NCBI GenBank assembly: GCA_027491915.1
Contig: JAOZGC010000002.1
Location: 416,001 to 480,000, forward strand
Direction of reading: 5' to 3'
Origin: Thermoproteota archaeon
GTDB taxonomy: Archaea > Korarchaeota > Korarchaeia > Korarchaeales > Korarchaeaceae
Length of the DNA: 64,000 nucleotides
The position numbers were made by a program, and so were the translations under genes. The stretch's first letter is position 1. Every line of letters begins with the position of its first letter. Below the pieces are notes generated by a model. The model was given only the letters and a program-made list of their open reading frames with translations, was not told the origin of the DNA and made no database searches. Positions 57,249-64,000 of this stretch are shown in pieces.

Positions 57249-58430
57249 ATGCGCAGCCCCAGCCCCGGGGAACTGGCCGAGCTCAAGGCGGCGGCCTTCG
57301 ACGCAATAGACGAGGCCGCCGACGATGTTTGGGAACTGGCCCTGTACCTCCACGAGAATCCCGAGCTCGGGGGGAGGGAGAGGGCCTCGGTCGCTAAGAT
57401 AACCTCCCTCCTGAGGTCCAGGGGTTTCTCCGTCGAGGTGGGGGTGGCCGGTATGGACACGGCCTTCGTGGCATCGGCCCCCGGATCATCGGGGAGGCCA
57501 TCCCTGGCCTACCTGGCGGAGTACGACGCCCTGCCCGGGATCGGCCACGCCTGCGGTCACAACCTAATAGCCGCCTCCAGCGTGGCGGCCGCCCTGGGCG
57601 CGTCGTCAGCCCTCCCGTCCCTCGGCGGGTCCGTGGCCGTGGTGGGCACGCCCGGCGAGGAGAACATCGGGGGGAAGGTCATAATGGTCAGGGAGGGGGT
57701 CTTCTCAGGGTTCGACGCGGCCCTCATGGCCCACCCGGGGGACAGGTGGTCGCTGGACCAGAGGCTCCTGGCCCTCACCGCCCTGGAGTTCACCTTCAGG
57801 GGGAGGTCCTCCCACGCCGCCGCGGCCCCGGAGGAGGGGAGGGACGCCCTGGACGCGGTCGTCCTATTCATAAACGGGATAAACGCCCTGAGGGAGCACG
57901 TGAAGCCGGACGTCCGGATGCACGGGATTGTGGCGGAGGGGGGCAGGGCTCCGAACGTCGTCCCCGACCGGACCGTCTACAGGATGTACGTCAGGGCCTC
58001 CACCAGGGAGAGGGTAGACGAGGTGGTCTCCAGGGTCCTGGACGCCGCCAGGGGGGCGGCCCTCATGACCGGGTGCGAGGTCGAGTGGAGGGAGTACGAG
58101 CTTCCCCTGGATGAGATGAGGGTGAGCGAGACCCTGATTCGGCTGTTCGAGTCCAACGCCGCCCTCCTGGGGGTGAAGGAGTTCAAGGCTCACGAGGGCC
58201 TCGGCTCCAGCGACGTGGGCAATGTCAGCAGGGTGATCCCGACCATACAGCCCACCTTCAAGATAGTCCGTGAGGGGGTCCCGCCCCACACGGAGGAGTT
58301 CGCCAGGGCGGCCGCCTCCGAGGAGGCCCGGGAGGCTACCCTGAAGGTGGCCAAGATCCTGGCCGCCACCGGGGTGGACCTACTCGCCGACCCGGGCCTG
58401 TTGGAGAGGGCCAGATCCGAGATAGCGTGA
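57249..58430 (+). CDS. M20D-like amidohydrolase (AbgB/PM20D2-like)
   Basis: HENPEL, EYDALPGIGHACGHN, GTPGEE, HA..P..G, GSSDVGNVS. Confidence 0.9.
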   Translation: MRSPSPGELAELKAAAFDAIDEAADDVWELALYLHENPELGGRERASVAKITSLLRSRGFSVEVGVAGMDTAFVASAPGSSGRPSLAYLAEYDALPGIGHACGHNLIAASSVAAALGASSALPSLGGSVAVVGTPGEENIGGKVIMVREGVFSGFDAALMAHPGDRWSLDQRLLALTALEFTFRGRSSHAAAAPEEGRDALDAVVLFINGINALREHVKPDVRMHGIVAEGGRAPNVVPDRTVYRMYVRASTRERVDEVVSRVLDAARGAALMTGCEVEWREYELPLDEMRVSETLIRLFESNAALLGVKEFKAHEGLGSSDVGNVSRVIPTIQPTFKIVREGVPPHTEEFARAAASEEAREATLKVAKILAATGVDLLADPGLLERARSEIA

Positions 58431-58458
58431 CGCGAGATCCCGGCCGGGCTCGTACCAC

Positions 58459-58842
58459 CTATTCGGTCTTTCCCGCGTCGGATCGGCGGCCGACCGCCCC
58501 CAGCCTGAGCCCGTACTCCTTCAACCTAGCGAAGTGCCTCTCGTTACCGGTGAGAAGGTCCATCCCCTTGGAGATGGCCGTGGCCCCTATTATCAGGTCG
58601 GCGTCCCCCAATAGCTCTCCCCTCTCCCTCAGCCGATCGTATAGCCTGCAGTACTCGATGATCACCTCGTTGTCCAGGCCGATCACCTCGAAGGCCTCCT
58701 CCAGGAGTTCCTTGGCCCTCTCCCTGTCCCCCTCCGGCATTCCCCTGAGGAACTCGAGGACCGTCAGCACGGATACGGCGTCCCCCCTCATCTCCCCCCT
58801 CCTGAGGGAGTCTATCAGGACGTCAGTGTCCACGAGCTCCAA
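58459..58842 (-). CDS. vapC: VapC PIN-domain toxin
   Basis: LVDTDVLID, E, DLIIGATA, TGN.RHF. Confidence 0.9.
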   Translation of the reverse strand: MELVDTDVLIDSLRRGEMRGDAVSVLTVLEFLRGMPEGDRERAKELLEEAFEVIGLDNEVIIEYCRLYDRLRERGELLGDADLIIGATAISKGMDLLTGNERHFARLKEYGLRLGAVGRRSDAGKTE

Positions 58843-59059
58843 GGGAGAACCCCCCCCTCCTAAACTCCCTGCTGGACTCCTCGATCCGATCCAGGTGATC
58901 TGAGGCGATCTCTCTAAGCCTGTGGAAGGCGTCCTCCCTCTTGATCTTCAAGATCTCCTCGGCGACGTCGCTCAGGAACTCACTCCAATCCCTGGCGCCT
59001 TTGAGCTTCTCCAGTCTCTCCTTCACCTCCCTCCTGACGGGGATGGTGGTATACCCCAT
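58823..59059 (-). CDS. vapB: VapB-like antitoxin
   Basis: YTTI.V..EVK.RL..LKG..WSEFL; overlaps vapC. Confidence 0.8.
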   Translation of the reverse strand: MGYTTIPVRREVKERLEKLKGARDWSEFLSDVAEEILKIKREDAFHRLREIASDHLDRIEESSREFRRGGFSLGARGH

Positions 59060-59078
59060 CGCGGCTCTTGATTTGTGT

Positions 59079-59100
59079 GATTATTTAATTATTAATAATC
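59079..59100. promoter_or_regulatory. AT-rich palindromic promoter/operator of vapBC-1
   Basis: GATTATT-N8-AATAATC about 20 nt upstream of the antitoxin ATG. Confidence 0.6.
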
Positions 59101-59108
59101 GCCGGGGA

Positions 59109-59531
59109 TCACGGCTCGAAGTCCCCTACGCGCCTGACCCACTCGGTTCCGACCTTCCTCACGAGGGTCTCGTCGGCCGTGTACAGCGGGGCCCCCGAGA
59201 GCTCGGAGAGCGCCGCGTAGGACGCGTCGTAGACGGTTATCCCCTTCCTCATGGCCAGCTCCACAGTTCTGCGGGCCAGATCGCCGGACAGGGGGTGGAG
59301 CGTCAGTTGGAAGTCGTCCAGCGTCTCTGCGATCTCCTTCAGTTCCTCCTCCCCGAACGCGCCCGAGTACTTCAGGGCGTTCAGAACCTCGTAGGGCAAT
59401 ATGTCCGGCGCCTCCAGGTCCAGGGCGCCAGAGGAGTAGGCGTCCCTCAGCAGCCTGGCCTCGGCCGAGTCATCCTCCTCCACGAACCACTTCACCACGA
59501 CCGAGGCGTCTACTACCGCCTTTCCCTCCAT
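59109..59531 (-). CDS. vapC: VapC PIN-domain toxin
   Basis: VVDASVVVKW, YEV.NAL, TVYDASY, LYTAD. Confidence 0.9.
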   Translation of the reverse strand: MEGKAVVDASVVVKWFVEEDDSAEARLLRDAYSSGALDLEAPDILPYEVLNALKYSGAFGEEELKEIAETLDDFQLTLHPLSGDLARRTVELAMRKGITVYDASYAALSELSGAPLYTADETLVRKVGTEWVRRVGDFEP

Positions 59532-59761
59532 CTCCTTATCTCCTCCACGGAGCTCCATCCCTCAACCTTTCTGGAGAGCTTCTCCGACCTCAGGGCTGCC
59601 CTCTTTATCCTGAGCGCGTCTTTCTCGCGCCTCCTTGCCTCCTCCCTCTCGATGACCTCTACGATCGCCCTCCTGACCACCTCGCTCCAGTTCACGTGCC
59701 TCAGCTCATCCATCTTCCTCTTTATCCTCCTGTCAATCCTGAAGCTCACGACCACGGACAT
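59513..59761 (-). CDS. vapB: RHH/CopG-like antitoxin
   Basis: SVVVSFRI...K.KM....VNWSEVVRRAI...SVEEIR..R. Confidence 0.8.
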   Translation of the reverse strand: MSVVVSFRIDRRIKRKMDELRHVNWSEVVRRAIVEVIEREEARRREKDALRIKRAALRSEKLSRKVEGWSSVEEIRRWRERR

Positions 59762-59909
59762 CGGGCCGCATTACTGGTTTGTAATATAAGTATATACAGA
59801 TTGGGGGCCCTGCTGGCCGGGCCGGATCCCCCCGCCGCGGCGTCGGGATTCGGGAACCGGGTCGGCGGGGGCGCGCCTCTTTTTATCGGGTGAGACCGCG
59901 GACCCTCCA

Positions 59910-60374
59910 ATGAGTTCCGGCGTCGAGAGGGCGGTCTGCCTCATGAGGGAGCTCGGCGTCCGAGGGGAGGTGATCCCCCACGAGGGGTCCAGCGGCAGGA
60001 CCTCAGAGGGGGCGGCCGAGGCCCTCGGCGTCCCGCTAGAGAGGATCGTCAAGACGCTGATATTCACCTCCGAGGGCAGGTTCGTCGCCGTGGTCGCCCG
60101 AGGGGACAGGAGAGTTAATGTGGACGCCCTCCGCCGGGTGGCAGGTTTCCGCCGGAGACCCAGGCTGGCCTCCGCCGGGGAGGTGGAGGAGCTGACCGGC
60201 TTCAGCCCGGGTGGCCTTCCCCCCTTCGCCCCGACCGGCAGGATGCCGTGCTACGTGTCGGCCAGCGTGCTGGAGATGGACTGGGTGATCGGGGCGGCCG
60301 GGACCGAGTTCGCCGGGGTGAAGTTCGACCCCCGAGAGCTCCTCGGGCTGGGGTTCAGGGCGGTCGACGTCTGA
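59910..60374 (+). CDS. YbaK/EbsC aminoacyl-tRNA deacylase family
   Basis: T...AAEALG....IVKTL, LA...EV..LTG..PGG.PPF. Confidence 0.88.
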   Translation: MSSGVERAVCLMRELGVRGEVIPHEGSSGRTSEGAAEALGVPLERIVKTLIFTSEGRFVAVVARGDRRVNVDALRRVAGFRRRPRLASAGEVEELTGFSPGGLPPFAPTGRMPCYVSASVLEMDWVIGAAGTEFAGVKFDPRELLGLGFRAVDV

Positions 60375-60412
60375 CCCTCAACTCACGTCGGTCGCGGGGG
60401 GCTATCTCCGGC

Positions 60413-61645
60413 TCACTCCAGCTCCCTTCCCCTCGTCTCCACCCCCAGGACGGCCACCGCCGCTGCGGCCGTCAGCTGGGCCGCGGCGAAGGTGAGGAGG
60501 GCCAGCTGGTAGCTGCCGGTGAGATCCAGCACCGCCCCCACCAGGTAGGGACCCAGGATGCCGCCCAGCCTGCCGAAGGAGTTGGCCGCGCCGGCCCCAG
60601 TGGCCCTCAGGTCGGTGGGATAGAGCTCCGGCGTGTAGGCGTAGGTCACCCCCCAGGCCCCGAGGTTGAAGAAGGATAGGGTCAAGGCGCCGGCCAGCGC
60701 CTGGGTCGGGTCTGAGGCCCACCAGTAGACGGCGGTGCCGAGCCCGGCGAGCGCCATGTAGGCCGATAGGGAGGTCCGCCTGCCCACCCTCTCCACCAGG
60801 TAGGCCGCGCTCCAGTAGCCGGGTATCTGGGCCGCCGTGACCATCAGGTTGTACCTGAGGGACCCCACGAGGGAGAGGCCCCTGTCGGCCAGGATCTTGG
60901 GGAACCACAGGAAGACCCCCCAGTAGGTCATCACTATGGCGAACCAGTGGATCCAGAGCATGGCGGTCCTCCGGAGGTAGGGCCCCCTGAGTATCTCCGA
61001 GACCGGCCTCCTGGGCGGGGGAGGGGTGAGCTCTATGCCGAGCTCCTCGGCCAGCCTCTCCGCCTCGTCCCGCCTGCCGGCCGCAGCCAGGTACCTGGGG
61101 GATTCCCCGAGGCCCGCCGCCGGTATGAGGACCGCGGCCAGCAGCGGGAGCGGCCCGCCCCAGGCGAACACCGACCTCCAACCCTCATCGGCCAGGGCCA
61201 GGCCTATCCCCGCCGACAAGAGCCATCCGAAGGCCCAGCCGGACTCCATTAGGGCCACGTACCTCCCCCTGACCGACCGGGGTGCCACCTCGGACAGGTA
61301 GGTGCTGGCCGACACCAGGTACCCAGCCGCCCCGAGGCCCGCGGCGAACCTGATCGCGGCCATGTCGACCCAGCCGGCGGACGCGGCGCAGGCCGCCGTC
61401 GCCGCGGCCGTCAGGACCAGCGAGGCCACAGAGGCCGTCCTCCGCCCGAGGGAGTCGGCCGCCCTGCCGAACAGGAGGGCCCCGGCGAACATTCCTATCA
61501 TGAACGAGTTCAGCAGGATCCCGGTCTCGGTCCCGGTCAGCCCCCACTCGTCGGCGATCTTCTTGAGGGTGGTCGAGACCAGCCCCGAGTCCGCGGCCAC
61601 CAGCGCCCACCCCAGCGTGAGCGCCGCCAGGTACCTGCGGCCCAA
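60413..61645 (-). CDS. MFS transporter (sugar/aromatic acid-type)
   Basis: GRAADSLGRR, RF.AGLG, ESPRYL, YTPELYPT..R.TG.G, ETRG..LE. Confidence 0.9.
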   Translation of the reverse strand: MGRRYLAALTLGWALVAADSGLVSTTLKKIADEWGLTGTETGILLNSFMIGMFAGALLFGRAADSLGRRTASVASLVLTAAATAACAASAGWVDMAAIRFAAGLGAAGYLVSASTYLSEVAPRSVRGRYVALMESGWAFGWLLSAGIGLALADEGWRSVFAWGGPLPLLAAVLIPAAGLGESPRYLAAAGRRDEAERLAEELGIELTPPPPRRPVSEILRGPYLRRTAMLWIHWFAIVMTYWGVFLWFPKILADRGLSLVGSLRYNLMVTAAQIPGYWSAAYLVERVGRRTSLSAYMALAGLGTAVYWWASDPTQALAGALTLSFFNLGAWGVTYAYTPELYPTDLRATGAGAANSFGRLGGILGPYLVGAVLDLTGSYQLALLTFAAAQLTAAAAVAVLGVETRGRELE

Positions 61646-61686
61646 GGGATCCGCACCCGACCTAACGCGCCGGGGAGTTAAAAAAG

Positions 61687-61880
61687 TTGGAGATCTCAGA
61701 CCCCCGAGATCCCTGGGAGACCGGGGCCCCGGGGCCCCGTATGGAGACCGGCCGAGGGGCGCTCGGCCCGCTGTCCACCCGTCCGGCGGGTCCCCCGGCC
61801 GCGCGCCTTCGCCTGGGGCGGAGGGAGGGGCCCAGGAGGTCGGGCTCCCCGAACCGCGGGCGGGGCCGCGGGCGCGCGCC
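61687..61880. other. About 200-nt structured intergenic element (candidate ncRNA or regulatory element)
   Basis: Three 27-nt-periodic GGAGAYC+hairpin units followed by a 77-nt four-way junction; no credible protein. Confidence 0.3.
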
Positions 61881-61910
61881 TACTTTTAGGAGACCGGCGG
61901 GGCCGCGGGG

Positions 61911-62861
61911 GTGCCCTTGTCTGGCCTCGATCTGTCCGGCCTCAGGTGCGTCGCCTTCGCCGGGAAGGGCGGGGTGGGGAAGACCACCTGCTCCGCGGCC
62001 CTGGCCCTGGCCCTATCCAGGGGCGGAGAGAGGGTGCTCCTCGTCTCCAGCGACCCGGAGCCCTCCATCTCCGACCTGTTCGGAGTCGATGTCAGGGGGA
62101 GGCCCAGGGAGGTCGCCCCGAACCTCGAGGCCGTGGAGCTGGACGGCGACTCCGTGCTCGAGATGTGGAGAGAGAGGTACGGGGAGGAGGTGTACCGGGT
62201 GGTGAGCGGGTTCATCCCGGTCGGCCGGGAGATCGTGGACTACGTGGCCGGGGCCCCTGGGATAGCCGAAGAGTTCTCTCTGGCATACCTCTTGGATTTC
62301 TGGGAGTCGGGAAATTTCGACAGGATCGTGTGGGACACCGCCCCGGCCGGGGGAACCCTCTCCCTCCTCCGGCTGGAGCAGACATTCTACGATCACCTGG
62401 GGGAAGCGGCCGGGCTGTTCCTCAGGATCAGGGACGCGCTCGACAGGATCCGCCGCGGGGGTTGGGAGGGGGGGAGGGGTCCGCTGGAGATTATAGGGGG
62501 GTGGAGGAACCTGCTTGGCAGGGTGTTGGGGATGCTCAGGTCCGACCGCCTGGGCGCGCTGGTCGTCTCCGAGCCCGAGGCGCTCTCGGCCGCCCAGGCC
62601 CTCAGGATCGCCGACCGGTTGGAGGAGTTCGGGGTGAGGGTGGCGGGCCTCGTGATAAACGGACTGATCTCGGAGGACCTGGTCAGATCCTGCCCGCGCC
62701 TCGAGGCGAGGCTGCGCGGACAGGGTGAGGCGGTCTCGAGGCTCCTGCTGGGGAGGATGTGGCCCCAGGTGGTCGAGGTTCCCCTGATGCCCCGGGACAT
62801 CTCTTCTCGGACCGACCTGCGGCCCGTGGCCGAGGCCCTGATGGGGGGTGGCCAGCCTTGA
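61911..62861 (+). CDS. ArsA/GET3-family ATPase (single domain)
   Basis: GKGGVGKTT, SSDP..S.SD, PG..E, DTAP.G. Confidence 0.88.
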   Translation: MPLSGLDLSGLRCVAFAGKGGVGKTTCSAALALALSRGGERVLLVSSDPEPSISDLFGVDVRGRPREVAPNLEAVELDGDSVLEMWRERYGEEVYRVVSGFIPVGREIVDYVAGAPGIAEEFSLAYLLDFWESGNFDRIVWDTAPAGGTLSLLRLEQTFYDHLGEAAGLFLRIRDALDRIRRGGWEGGRGPLEIIGGWRNLLGRVLGMLRSDRLGALVVSEPEALSAAQALRIADRLEEFGVRVAGLVINGLISEDLVRSCPRLEARLRGQGEAVSRLLLGRMWPQVVEVPLMPRDISSRTDLRPVAEALMGGGQP

Positions 62862-64000
62862 GGGGTTGGACCGGCAGGCTCCTGAGGGTGGACGCCGGGT
62901 CCGGAGACGTGTGGACGGAGGAGATACCGGCGGAGGTGCTCAGGTCTCTCCTGGGGGGGAAGGGGTTGGGAGCCTACCTGCTCCACAGGCTGGCTCCGCC
63001 GGGCGCCGACCCCCTGGGTCCCGACAACCCGATCATATTCGCCGTGGGGCCCCTGACCGCCCTGTTCCCGGGGTGCGGGAGGTACGCCGTGGTCACCAAG
63101 TCCCCGATGACCGGGTACTTCCTCGACTCCCACGCGTCCGGCAACCTGGGAGCGGAGATCAAGCTGGCCGGCTTCGACGCGGTGGCGATCACGGGGTCGG
63201 CCCCGGTTCCCAGCTACCTGCTGGTAGAGTCCGGCGAGGGGGAGCTCGTGGAGGCCCCTTGGCTGGCGGGGGCCGACGTTTACGACGCCCACGACCGGGT
63301 CGCCTCGCGCGAGCCCGGCGCGTCGGTGGCCGTCGTCGGCCCGGCGGCGGAGAGGCTCGTCAGGTTCTGCGTGGTCCACTCCGAGAGGCTCCACGCGGCG
63401 GGCAGGGGAGGGGCCGGGACCGTCATGGCATCGAAGGGGCTGAAGGCCCTGGCGGCCAGGGGGTCCGAGGCCCCGGCCGCGGCCGACCCGGAGGCCCTGC
63501 TGTCGCTCTGGTCCGCCGTGGAGTCCAGGTACTCGGGCAGGTGGGGCCCAGCCAACGATGGGACCACCGGGGCGGTTGAAGACGCCCAGGAGCTCGGCAT
63601 GCTCCCGACGAGGAACTTCTCCACGACCAGCTTCGAGTTCGCGGACAGGTACTCGGCCGATGAGGTCAGGAGGTACAGGGCGGCCGACCTGTCCTGCTTC
63701 GCCTGCCCCAGGGCCTGCGTGAAGCTGCACAGGCTGCCCGACGGGACCGTGACGGCCGTCAGGTACGAGGGCATGGCCATGCTCGGATCGAACCTGGGCC
63801 TCGAGGACCCGAGGGACATGATCCGCCTGTACGAGAGGTGCAACAGGCTGGGAATGGACGTGATATCCGCCGGGTCGGCCATGGCCCTGGCGGCGGAGGC
63901 CGCGGAGATGGGCCTGATAGAGGGGGAGTTCTCAGATCTTAGGTTCGGGGACGCCGAGGGCTTCCTCAGGCTGGCCGACGCCATAGCGAGGAGGGAGGGG
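62858..64000 (+). CDS. aor: Second aldehyde:ferredoxin oxidoreductase family protein (runs off the window; absent from the ORF track)
   Basis: TTG at 62858 overlaps the ArsA-family gene stop; reads MRGWTGRLLRVD..LGGKGLG..DPLGPDN..KSPMTG..GTVMASKGLKA..CFACPRAC..CNRLGMDVIS. Confidence 0.92.
   Translation, partial: MRGWTGRLLRVDAGSGDVWTEEIPAEVLRSLLGGKGLGAYLLHRLAPPGADPLGPDNPIIFAVGPLTALFPGCGRYAVVTKSPMTGYFLDSHASGNLGAEIKLAGFDAVAITGSAPVPSYLLVESGEGELVEAPWLAGADVYDAHDRVASREPGASVAVVGPAAERLVRFCVVHSERLHAAGRGGAGTVMASKGLKALAARGSEAPAAADPEALLSLWSAVESRYSGRWGPANDGTTGAVEDAQELGMLPTRNFSTTSFEFADRYSADEVRRYRAADLSCFACPRACVKLHRLPDGTVTAVRYEGMAMLGSNLGLEDPRDMIRLYERCNRLGMDVISAGSAMALAAEAAEMGLIEGEFSDLRFGDAEGFLRLADAIARREG

Noticed and set aside
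58430-59910. vapBC region as an IS element or integrated element
   Set aside because: No transposase or integrase, terminal inverted repeats, or convincing target duplication was seen.
61801-61877. Cloverleaf-like fold as a tRNA gene
   Set aside because: No TTCRA T-loop, D-loop GG or 7-nt anticodon loop on either strand; kept only as a generic structure.
61687-62205. 172-aa ORF with 9-aa periodic starts (MEI/WET/MET)
   Set aside because: Low-complexity composition and out-of-frame overlap with the ArsA-family gene; the periodicity is better explained at nucleotide level, though a leader peptide is not excluded.
61911-62861. Arsenic resistance operon
   Set aside because: No arsB/acr3, arsC, arsD or arsR nearby; single-domain protein.

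Overview
A gene-dense, very GC-rich archaeal window. AGG/ATA codons, TATA boxes about 25-35 nt upstream of many starts, split GMP synthase, RNase HII, ApgM, MptA/MptE and DUF835-type proteins point to a probably thermophilic, peptide-fermenting archaeon. It encodes two tungsten-family aldehyde:ferredoxin oxidoreductases (one at each window edge), several proteases and peptidases, a peptide ABC transporter, guaB/guaA, class II HMG-CoA reductase, a Rieske-ferredoxin-cytochrome b cluster near an sdhCAB operon with only one small anchor subunit, a P2-type ATPase and two tandem vapBC modules. The most striking system is a compact pterin/folate cluster at about 41-45.6 kb: mptA, a CofE-family glutamate ligase, mptE and a folP whose C-terminal extension resembles the dihydropteroate-reductase domain found N-terminal in Helicobacter FolP. 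This suggests a tetrahydrofolate route independent of FolC and DHFR. Other oddities are a circularly permuted OppA, a Rieske protein with a TM helix before an internal twin-arginine motif, an 18-bp inverted repeat enclosing a promoter, a structured ~200-nt intergenic element before arsA-AOR, and a probable CTG start. No rRNA, tRNA, CRISPR array or transposase was seen. All family calls come from motif recognition by eye, not database searches.
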